From contig NC_087438.1 of the NCBI RefSeq assembly GCF_036321535.1, positions 8,806,001 to 8,870,000 on the forward strand: 64,000 bases of DNA, written 5' to 3'. The position numbers and the translations under genes were made by a program. The stretch comes from Camelus dromedarius (Eukaryota). Position 1 is the first letter of the stretch. Every line of letters starts with the position of its first letter. The notes beneath the pieces are model-generated. The model was not told the origin of the DNA, searched no databases, and saw only the letters and a list, made by a program, of their open reading frames with translations. This document shows, in pieces, positions 12,503-22,650 of the stretch.

Positions 12503-15500
12503 TACTCACTCTGCATATGACCACAATAATAAATTGTCACTACTCATATTCTTAAAAAATATATATATAAAGAGACAAATAGGATAACCAAGAGATGTGG
12601 GACAACGTAAAATAGTGTAATATACAGGCATTTGGAGTTTCAGAAAGATAAGAGAGAGAAAAATATAATGGACTAAATATTTGAAGAGATCACAGATAAT
12701 TTTCTGAATATTGTGAAAGCCATCAAATGACAGATGTAAGAAGCTTGGGCTAAAAAGGCAAGCAATGACACATCTAAACTTGATGTGATCACTCTGCTGA
12801 AAACAAAGAGAAAAATAAAATTTGAAGAAAGTCAGACTACAAAAGATATAATATACAGTGACATGACATGGGAATGACAACAGAATTCTTGTCAGAAATT
12901 CTAAAAATGTCAAGCTAATAGAGTGATATAAGGTAATAAATGAAAAAAATCTGTTAATATAGATTTCAGTACTCAGCAAACATCTCCCTAAAGTGAAGGC
13001 AAAGTAAAAACTTTTTGGAAAATAAAAATTGAGAAATTCACTGCAAGTGGAACTGCACTACAGGAATTTTTAAAAGAAATTTTCAAGCAGAAGGTATGAA
13101 GGAGAGTTGGATCTAGAGAAGGAAATAGAGAGAGCTGGAAAGAATAAAATTTAAAGTAGTACAAGGCATTTTTTTGTAATTTTAATTGCATTGGAAATGA
13201 CTATCTAGAACAAAAAAAATGGTAACAACGCACTGTGAAATGTGTCGTATGTGAAATAAATGCATGACAACATCAGAAAGAATGTGAGGAAGGAATTAGA
13301 AGCACATTATTTTAAGGCTCTTATACTCTATGTGAAGTGTTTTTAATATTTTTAGAAGGTAGATTTTACTAGGTTAAATGCATATTATTAAGAAGAGAAC
13401 ATCAATAAAAATAAAGGAGGTATAAGTAATACCCTGAAAATGGAAATAAAATAAAATAATAAAATTACAAATCCAAAAGATACAGAAAAGGAGAAGCTGT
13501 AAAAAGAGATATGACCAATAGAAAACACTGGTAAGATGAGAGATTTAAGTCCAATACTATCAATAATCACATTAAACATAAAAGGCCTAAAAATATCAAT
13601 TAAAAAGGTAGGAATTATGAGATTGGATAAAAAATCAAAATCAAATTATATATGAGGAACCTACTTTGAATCTAAAGAAATAGGTAAGTAAAATAATATT
13701 GCTACCACCAATTTATAAAATCTGAAGTGGCTCTGTATCTGACAGGGTAGACTTCAGACCAAAGAATAGTTTAGAAATAATAGGGACATTCCTAATGTTA
13801 TTGGGGCCAATTTACCAGGAAGGCATAGAGTCACATTAAGTATGCACTTAACAACATAGCCTCAAAACACACAAATATGGATTGAAAGGAGACACAGTCA
13901 AATCTGCGATTATATTTGGAGCCTCCAACATTCCACTCTCAGCTAATCGTAGTACAAGTAGATAGAAAATGGGTAAGACCTGAATGATGCTCTCAGACAA
14001 CTTGAGCTAACTGACATTTATACAACAATATTAGGACACACATTCATTCCAAGTGCACGTGGAGAATTCACCAAGAAAGTCCACATTCTGAACCATAAAA
14101 ATAAATCTCAAAAATTTTTAAATAATTGAAACTCCATAGTGTATGTTCTTTTATTACAGTTTAATTACATTCAAAATCCATAGCAGAAAGGTGTTCAGAC
14201 AAAATCCCCCCAAATTTGGAAAATAAATAACAAATTTCTAAATAACTTACAGGCTAAAAAGTTAAGTAGTCAAAAATGGAAATTACAAAATGTTTTGAAT
14301 TAAATTAAAAAGATCTTCAAAATCTGCGGGATGCTGCAAAAGTAGTGTTTAGAACAATGTTTATTGCAACTAACGCTCAGAATATAAAACAAGAAAGTTG
14401 TAAATCAATAAACCAAGCTTTGTTTTTAAGTAACTAGAGAAAGAACAGCAAGATAAACCTCAAACATAAAGAAATTACAAATAATAGAGTAGGAATCTAT
14501 AAAATTAAAAACATTAAAAAATATCTGAGACCCAATGCAGCTGATTCTTGGAAAAGATGGATAAAATTAATAAACATCTGTCCAGATGCACTGAGTGAAA
14601 ATGGAAAGAAGATAACATATTATTAATATTAGAAAGACAAAAGGGACATCTTTATAGATCTTCATAGATAAAAGGGAATAAGGGGAATATTACGAACAAC
14701 TTTATACCGATCAGTTGGATAATGATTGAAATGGAGAAATTTCTTGAAAGATGCAGACTACCAAAGCTCCCTTAAGAAGAAACAGGTAATTTGAAAACCA
14801 CTTTTCAAATTGAATCACCGCTCCAGCAATCAGAACCCTTCAATCTCTTCTATGGTCTCTCAGAACACTAACTGTTGCATTCTGGTATTAAAATTTTCCT
14901 CAGGATAATTGTCGGGGTGGGACTCTTGCATGTGTTTTAAACTTGGTTACTGTGGATACTGAATTGGGAAAATAACACTTTTGAAAAACCTCTGAACACT
15001 TTGAAAAATGAACAATTCATCTAGGCTTTGACATTAATCTAGTCACACTTGTAAGTCCATAAAGAAGTCATGCTGGTCCAGTGAGATGCTGTCAGGAGGA
15101 TGCAGTTGGTTTAGGAATAGTATCGCCACCCAACTATCGAGAGAATTTCTGGTTAAGAGTCACTGAAATAAGAAAATAATGGATGAGGGTAGATTTGTTT
15201 GTTTTGCACTTTAGGGCGTACATTTTTACCTTGGGCTTTAACTTATAAGAACACGGTAACATTATTCTGGACTTTAATTTCCTTAGATTTCAACACCTTT
15301 TTAAAAGGCTTTAATTAATGTAACTGAATTTAAAATTTTGGCATTTCTGTGTAGCTGTGTTTCATTATTAAATTAGCTTTGCATAGCATTCCAACGGCAG
15401 GTGTCTGGAAGCTAGGTACAACAATTTGGGATGAGATACAGTGCATGGAGTGAATTTGCATCCTTGGGTGAAGAGAGCATTGGGATTGACTGATACACAT

Positions 15501-17716
15501 GTCAGAGCCTTTGGGGAGAAATAATTGCAAACCGACAGCAATTCCTGGAAGATACACAAAGGTGAACTGGTGAGTTTAGGGGCCGAGGGGTCTTGTGAAT
15601 GTTGGAACAGATTAGCAATGGGATGCTACTGATAGCCTCTGAGAATGAAAAAAAAAATAGTTGTAAACATAGGAGAGGCTAAACCCCATATTTTTAAATG
15701 AAGAATATTGACAAATGTTAGAATGGGGTAGTTTTCTCCATGCCATTTCTTTGCAATAGTATTTTTTAATAATACTGGCCTCTGCCTTTTCATGCTCTCC
15801 TGGGGGAAGAAAGGGTCCCTGAGCTGTTAGGAGTATTCAGCAGAAGCAGCTGGCCAGGTAGAGACCAGCTCCCTCCTCTTTGCTTCTCTTGGTAGCCAGT
15901 TACCCCTGGGATTTGCTCCTCCGTGAAACAAGTCGTGTAAATCACTTCAATATAAGAAAACTTGGATAGTCTAACTGCCTAAGCATGGCTCAGTCTAGCA
16001 CAATCTTAGGAAGTTAACTTACAACTACCCCAGGTTCTCCACTATAAGCTTTATAAGTAATAATAACAGTATTCTATCCATGTGCCTTATTGTTCTTCAA
16101 TTTTCAATGGGTTCAAATCTTAGAATGTGGGGAAAGAGGTCTGTCATTTAACAATTTCCCTTATGATTTTTCAAAAAATTTTTCCCATCTCTGGGCCATC
16201 CATTACTGAGAGATGTATGTGCAATGGCAAACTTAACTTTGGACTCCATAAGTCACATTAATTGGGTTCAAGAAGAAATTAGTTCACTAACAAAATTAAT
16301 AGTTTGAAATATATATTAAAATAATAAATGTTTAGTGCTAGATTGTTATTATATGATTTAAAATTCAAGGAGCATTTGTCCTACATATTATAGAGTCAGT
16401 ATTTTATATAATGATTAGAACAATTACTATCCATTAACATTTTATTTTGCTATTTTCTGTTGTCAAGGCAACCTTTCGTTCTCTACTCAATTACTAAGCA
16501 GTAGAAAAATAATTACAGTTTCTTAGTCTCGTTTAAATAATTGGACTTGTAATATGCCTTATTTTTTTTTAAAGGAGACTTTGTTTTCGAACCTTTAACC
16601 ATGAATTATAATTACTACACTTTAAAAGGATACAAGGTTTAATTTAATTTTAAGGCTATGTGAAAGAAGGGTGCCAACATCTCAAACATATAAAGAACTT
16701 TCATGAATAAATTATTATAAAACTGTTTACTTAACATGCCTGTAATATTATCAGCGCTATTATAAAAGGCGTTACAGTGATGTAGACCTCTAAGTGCACA
16801 GTTTAATGAGAGTATTTCAGTCTGTGAGAGAACCCTAAATGTAGCACATTCCCCTGAGTGCAGGTGTACAATGTAGCCAGCAATGATACACTGTTTTGCT
16901 TTCCTGTACTTGGCTGGCTACGTCAAGGTCAATACTCTTACCAGGCTCTTGCACGTTCCATTTATTAGGTAGTTAATTGGTATAATTAATTAATGCATTT
17001 ATTTGTGAACTACTTCTACAAATATTTGTAAATGTCTGTTAGGGGCTGTGTACTAAAGCTAGGACAAATGCTTCCTCTGTTAATCATGGAGCTTAGAGCA
17101 GCCTCTCCATCCACTTCTGGAAAAGGAAGCAAAATGCAATCATAGAGAGAAGACATTTTTGGCATCATGAAAACTTGTATTCAACATTCATTTTAAGCTT
17201 TTAAAATTTATTTGCCATATTTTTAGTTAGGATCATAGTTTCATGTAAAAACCTCAAAAATAGGAAGCTAAACATTTTAAAAACATTCTCATTCATACTA
17301 GTTCCCGTGTCTTACATGAGACTTAAATATTCAACACCAATTTTTGTGTATCCTACTAAACATTTACAAATTATGAAAATACATATTTAAAATTTTAATC
17401 TCATTACTCATTCTCATCAGTGAGAAACTGATGACTTTCTCCGAACTTAATTTTCTAAGTAAATATGTATTGTAGAGCTATTGCTTTGTTGATTTATACA
17501 GCATTAATTATTTTATAACTGCTATCCAGTACCCTACAGACTTACATAGCAGGGCCTTTCACTCTTGCCAGAGTGGTCATTTAGTAGCTCTCCAAAGTTT
17601 TAGTATGACAAAAAATACCATGGAGAAGTGGACCTGCAAGTCTCTGTGCACATTGCAAGTAGTTGGGGACAAATGCCTAGAAAAAGACTTGCTCCATCAA
17701 ATTAAGTGCATGCTTT

Positions 17717-18095
17717 GGTGGGGGAAATGAGGAGCTGTCCAATGGCTGTAAAGCTGCAGGAATGCAAGATGAATAAATTCTAGAGATTTGCTGTTGACAT
17801 AGTGCCTACAATTGACAGTGTGGTATTGTACACATTAAAATTTGATAAGAGGGTAGATCTCATGTTAAGTGTTCTTATCATGAAGGGAAAAAAAAAAAGA
17901 AAATTAAAAAAAAACCAAAAACCCAAACCCAAATCAAAAGGTTGCAAGGAAGCCGTGGGAGGTATTAGATACGTCATTTACCTTGATTTTGGTGGTGGTA
18001 TCATGTTTTGTGTGTGTCCAAACCCATCAAATTGTACACATTAAATATGTGCAGTAATTTATATATAGATTATACTGCAATAAAACTGTTAAAAT
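17717..18095 (+). mobile_element. L1MA10/L1MB-like 3' end
   Basis: AAGATGAATAAATTCTAGAGATTTGCTG...GAGGGTAGATCTCATGTTAAGTGTTCTTATC...AATAAAACTGTTAAAA. Confidence 0.8.
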
Positions 18096-18099
18096 TACT

Positions 18100-19449
18100 T
18101 AGCTAGAGATATGAAATTGCACACCAGCAAATCAGTATACATTTAATCCCTCTGCTAGCAACATCTGAAATTATGCAGTTCCCATAACCATTTTCCATAC
18201 TAAATTTTATCAAATTAAAAATTATATACAGACAAATGTTTAGGAAGAATCATATCACAATTTGTTGAAATATATACTTTCCTGATAATTACTGAGGTTG
18301 AATATCTTTTCATATACTTATTGGATATTAATATTTCTTTTCTATTTAATATGCAAATTTATCTTCATATTCATTGTTGGTTCTCTTATCATAAGTAATT
18401 ATTTAAAATTCTAAGCTATTTAAAAGACTATAAAAGAGGTAACATCAATCCAAATACCACAAGCCAGGATAAAACATCTCTTAATATGATTTTAAATTCT
18501 TTGTGTACACACACACACACACATCAAAAAGGATCCTGTTATGCACGTAGTTTTCTCAAGAGCCTTTTAAAAATCCTAACAAAAAATGTGGCCCCTTATT
18601 ATGCCAGTTACTCTACAAAATCAAAATATTTTTAAATGGCAATATATTCATATAATACTTGTGTGGATGTGCACAGTTTATTTACCTGATGTCCTAGGAG
18701 GGGACCTTTGGAACGATGACAGTTATTTGCTGTTATAAGCAACGTTGCAGTGATAATCTTTATGTGTACGCACACACGTACCTTCTCCATTAACATCTTA
18801 GGACACATTTACTGACATGAAACAGCTGGAGCAGATGATATGCACACTTTAAACACTGACACATTGTAAACTTGCCTTTTACAAAGGTGGTGCAACTTTA
18901 CAGATTATTAGAGAATTTGTTTTCATGTAGCAATAACAAATCCTGGAACTATATAGTTTATATTTTCCTATTGGCTGATCAGTTCAATGGCAAAAATATT
19001 TTGTTATTACTTTAATTTTAATAAATTTATGAATATGCTTCATGTATGTTCAATACTTATTGGTCAATTGTTTTCTTCTTTTGTGAATTACTTATTCATA
19101 CCTTTGCTATGTTTTGGGGAGTTTTCTTTTTTATACTAATTTTTAAAAACTTTTCTGAAATTTTTCCCTATTATAAACTTGAATAAATAGTCCTGTTTAT
19201 CACTTTAAAATATTTGCACTGTACAGAAATTGTGATATTTGTGTAGCTTATGTTAGAATAGTACTATTATTAATTACATCTTTTCTTGTTCTTTTTGTCA
19301 TTTTGATGGTTAATTTTTCTAGCTCAAGATTTTCTAAATCATGACCGTTTATATGCAGGTATATTTCTGGATTCTTTAATTATATCTATCAATCTTGTAC
19401 TGATACCATATTGTTTGGTTAAATTTATTATAATGTATTTTGATAACTG
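18100..19449 (-). mobile_element. Cluster of degraded L1ME-like fragments (the same host also at about 17480-17715)
   Basis: T-rich strand with TACTGAGGTTGAATATCTTTTCATATACTTATTGG and TTTTCTTCTTTTGTGAATTACTTATTCATACCTTTG. Confidence 0.6.
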
Positions 19450-19464
19450 ATTGGAAATCTTCCT

Positions 19465-19598
19465 TTTTTTTTTTTTTCTTTTTGTGTGGAAGAAGGAGGT
19501 AATTAGATGTATGTATTTTTAGAGGAGGTACTGGGGATCGAACCCAGGACCTTGTGCATGCTAGGCATGTGCTTTACCACTTGAGCTACACCCTCCCC
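19465..19598 (-). mobile_element. tRNA-Ala-derived camelid SINE (Vic-1-like)
   Basis: Minus strand reads GGGGAGGGTGTAGCTCAAGTGGTAAAGCACATGCCTAGCATGCACAAGGTCCTGGGTTCGATCCCCAGTACCTCC plus an A tail; TSD ATTGGAAATCTTCCT (19450-19464) and ATTGGAAGGCTTCCT (19599-19613). Confidence 0.92.
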
Positions 19599-19719
19599 AT
19601 TGGAAGGCTTCCTACAGTAGTCTTTATTTTTAGAAATTTTCTATTTACTAATATTTTAAACTCCGAGGATGAACATTAAAATCATTTGTAAAATGATGAT
19701 AAAGTCAGGAAATCATTTT

Positions 19720-21170
19720 AATGAATAAAAGTATTATTAATAAATTCAAAGGACTATCAATTAAATGTCAACAAATATTTTTGGATGGATTGAAAAAACT
19801 GATTTAAAATTATGTTTAAATGCAAAGTATCTGGAAGAGCAAAAAATAATTTTAAAAAAGGACAAAATTCAAAGCTTTATACTTTGTTAACTATTCTTAA
19901 CACTGACAAGATGTATTATAAACCACAGTAACCAATTTCATATTTGCATAATATAGGCAAATACTTGAATGGGACAAAAGAGGGAGTCTAGATTGATCCA
20001 TGCATATACGGTTAACTGATTTTTGACAAAGGTGCTAAGATAATTCAAAGGAGAAAGATATCTTTTTAATAAATAGTGCTGGATCAACTGGATACTTTTT
20101 GGGAAAAAATGAAACTTAACCTCATACCATGGACAAAAATTTAATTTATGATAGATCATAGACATAAATATAACACTTGGAAGCATAAAACCTCTAAAAA
20201 CACGTAGATGATTATATTTGCAAATTCAGGATAGGCAAATATCTCCTAGACAAGACATAAAAAGCCCAAACAGGAAAAAAAAAAAAAAGGTAAATTGAAC
20301 TTCATTACAATTTTACAATTAAAAACTTCTGTTCTTCATAGATACTGTTAATACACATATGCAAAGCCCCACACTTGAATCTAATATTTTTTGTTTATGT
20401 ATTTGACAAAGGCTTGTACCCAGAATAAAGAATTTTTCTGACAAGAAAGAAATCTAATTTTTTAAAAATTAGGCAATATATTTAAACAGAAAATTCAGAA
20501 AATGACAGGTACAAATGGTCATTAAACACTCATTATTCTTCAGCGAAATGAAAACTAAAACCGTGAGTTTACTTCACACTGACTAGAATGGCGTAGGTCC
20601 AAATCACTGGTGAGAATGTTGTGAAGGTAGCCTCTTAGGTGACCCCCAGTGACTCTCACCTTCTGACATCCAGGCCCTCGTATAACCCCCTGGCCTTGAG
20701 TGACTTCCTTCTCATCAATAGAATACGGCAACCTTGGGGTGATGCAACTTCCATGATGGCATTACGAGAAATTGCATCTTCTATTTTGCTACCAGACTCT
20801 CTCTCTCCATCACTGGCTTTGACTGAGCGAGCTGCTAGTATGGAGAGGTGCACATGGCATGGAACTGAGGGCTGACTTCAGGCAACAATCAATGAGACAC
20901 CTAGGCCTTCAGTCCTCGAGGAACGAGACCCTCCTAACAATAGCGAAAGTTAGCTGAGAACTGGACCATCTCCAGGTGAGTGTTTAGATGAGGTTCCAGC
21001 CCTGGCCCGCACCAACAGATACGGAGGAACTTTGACTTTTATACATTGCTGACAGAAATGCAATATGATTCAGCCACTCTGGAGAACTGTTTGGCAGGTA
21101 TTTACATAATGAAAGCATATCCACCGTATAATTAGCAATTCTACTCCCACTTATTTATTGAAGAGAAATG
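19720..21170 (+). mobile_element. Old L1M ORF2 3' part, interrupted by MLT1
   Basis: CTGATTTTTGACAAAGGTGCTAAG (LIFDKGAK), AATAAATAGTGCTGGATCAACTGG and CAGCCACTCTGGAGAACTGTTTGGCAG. Confidence 0.8.
20620..21012 (+). mobile_element. MLT1E/F/G-like MaLR LTR, 3'-truncated
   Basis: Starts TGTGAAGGTAGCCTCTTAGGTGACCCCCAGTGACTCTCACCTTCTG; contains TTCTCATCAATAGAATACGGCAA. Confidence 0.7.
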
Positions 21171-21174
21171 TGGT

Positions 21175-21591
21175 ACAAAATACCTTTAAACAACAAAAAT
21201 TTATTTTCTTACATTTCTGGAGGCTGAAAGTCTGAAATTATGATGTTGGCAGGGCCAAGCTGCCTCTGAAGACCCTGAGAATCCTTTTTTTCCTCTTCTT
21301 AGTCCATGGTGGTTGTTGCCAATCCTTGGCCTTCCTGGTCTTATAGTTGTATCATATGGCCTTCCTCCTCTGGGGTGGCGGGTGTGGGGGGGTGCGGGGA
21401 GTGTTTGTCTGTTCAAATGACCCTCTACTTATAAGGACACCAGTCATTGGATTTAGGGCCCACCTAATCTAGCATGACCTCGTCTTACACTGATGACAAA
21501 GACCCTGCAAGGACTCTATTTATGAACAGGGCCACAGTCGCAAATCCCAGGTAGTTATGAATTTTGCCAGGACACTAGTCAACCTAGTACA
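21175..21591 (-). mobile_element. MLT1C-like MaLR LTR
   Basis: AAACAACAAAAATTTATTTTCTTACATTTCTGGAGGCTGAAAGTCTGAA...TTATAAGGACACCAGTCATTGGATTTAGGGCCCACC. Confidence 0.8.
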
Positions 21592-22020
21592 GTCTTCTTC
21601 CTGAAAAATCTACCACCCATTCTCATAATAAAACAAACACACAAACAAACTAACTGTAATTGAGGGACATTCTACAACATGTCACCAGTACTCCTCAACA
21701 CTGTCAAGGTAATGGAAAATGAAAAAAGATGGAAAAACTGTCAAAGATCAGAAGAGACTTAAGGAGACATTATGACCAGCCATGCTGTGATACCCTGGAT
21801 TGCAGCCTAGTGCAGATAAACGGGTATTACTGCAGACCCTGACAGAATCCCAACAAGCCTAGGGTTTTGTTAGCAGTAATGTGCCAGGGTGGTTTTTATT
21901 AGTTTTGACAAATGTATGCTGGTTATCTAAGATATTTATTAACAAAAGGGGAAATTGGGTGAGGATTATATGGGAACTTACTCTTTTTGCCACTTTTAAG
22001 TATATCTTAAAAAGTTAACA
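21592..22020 (+). mobile_element. L1MC-like 3' UTR
   Basis: TTGAGGGACATTCTACAAC..CCAGTACTCCTCAACACTGTCAAGGT; GGGGAAATTGGGTGAGGATTATATGGGAACT. Confidence 0.75.
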
Positions 22021-22125
22021 AAGAAAGGAAGGAAGGAGAAGAGAAAAGGAGGAGGAAGGAGGAGAGAAAGAAGGGGAGGGAGGGAGGGAGGAAGGAAGGA
22101 AGGAAAAAGGACAAAAGAGGGAAGA
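22021..22125. repeat. Polypurine (GGAA/GGGA)n low-complexity tract
   Basis: Directly visible; follows the L1 tail. Confidence 0.92.
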
Positions 22126-22129
22126 ACAC

Positions 22130-22330
22130 TTCTATACTACTTTCTATGTGCCAGGCATCATTCTAAACACTTTGCACATATGAGCACCTTTCTTCCTTAC
22201 CTCAAGTGTGTGTACTTTTATTATCTCCCAATTTACTGCTAGAAAAGCTGCGTCCAAATGTTGGTAACTTGCCCAGCCACCCCATGACAAAAAGGCAGAG
22301 CTGTGGTAGTCAGGCTTCCGTCTGCATTTA
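22130..22330 (-). mobile_element. MIR
   Basis: CTATGTGCCAGGCATCATTCTAAACACTTTGCAC...TAACTTGCCCAG. Confidence 0.7.
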
Positions 22331-22389
22331 CCTGCCCCATCGTGGTCCTGAATGCAATGTGAGTCTCAGTGTCACTTTGTTCCTTAGGA

Positions 22390-22650
22390 GGCTAACACCT
22401 CAATTCAGAGGAAAGATGATGGTGAGAGAGAGTGACCTGGGTTGGGTTTGAGATGACTTCTTGGTAAAATCAAATGAAACTGATTGTAGATTAGATACAC
22501 GTAATGAGGAAGAAGAAAATATCAAGCATGCATCTCCAACTGGATTGGGCTGCTTACTAAGACAGGGAACAGCAAAGATGTTTGGTGAGGGAAATCAAGA
22601 TGACAGTTTTTTTCTGAAGTTTGAGATGCTAAAGAAATGTACAGGTAGAT
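22390..22650 (-). mobile_element. L2 fragment
   Basis: AAGTTTGAGATGCT..AGGTAGATGT and GAGGAAGAAGAAAATATCAAGCATG are typical of reverse-oriented L2. Confidence 0.55.

Larger units (their letters stand above)
11460..14805 (+). mobile_element. Old L1M element (ORF1 region through ORF2 endonuclease), inactive
   Basis: Decayed endonuclease motifs: SIITLNIKGL (about 13560; cf. SIITLNVNGL), IIFGASNIPLS (about 13910; cf. IIVGDFNTPLS), TFIPSARGEFTKKVHILNHK (about 14040; cf. TFFSSAHGTFSKIDHILGHK); A-rich + strand with many stops. Confidence 0.85.

Noticed and set aside
12506..12979. 157-aa hydrophobic ORF (minus strand)
   Set aside because: Antisense to A-rich L1 DNA, which yields F/L/I-rich spurious ORFs
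19520..19598. tRNA-Ala-like sequence (also at 6745-6821)
   Set aside because: Has a SINE tail and TSDs and a degenerate cloverleaf; a SINE rather than a tRNA gene
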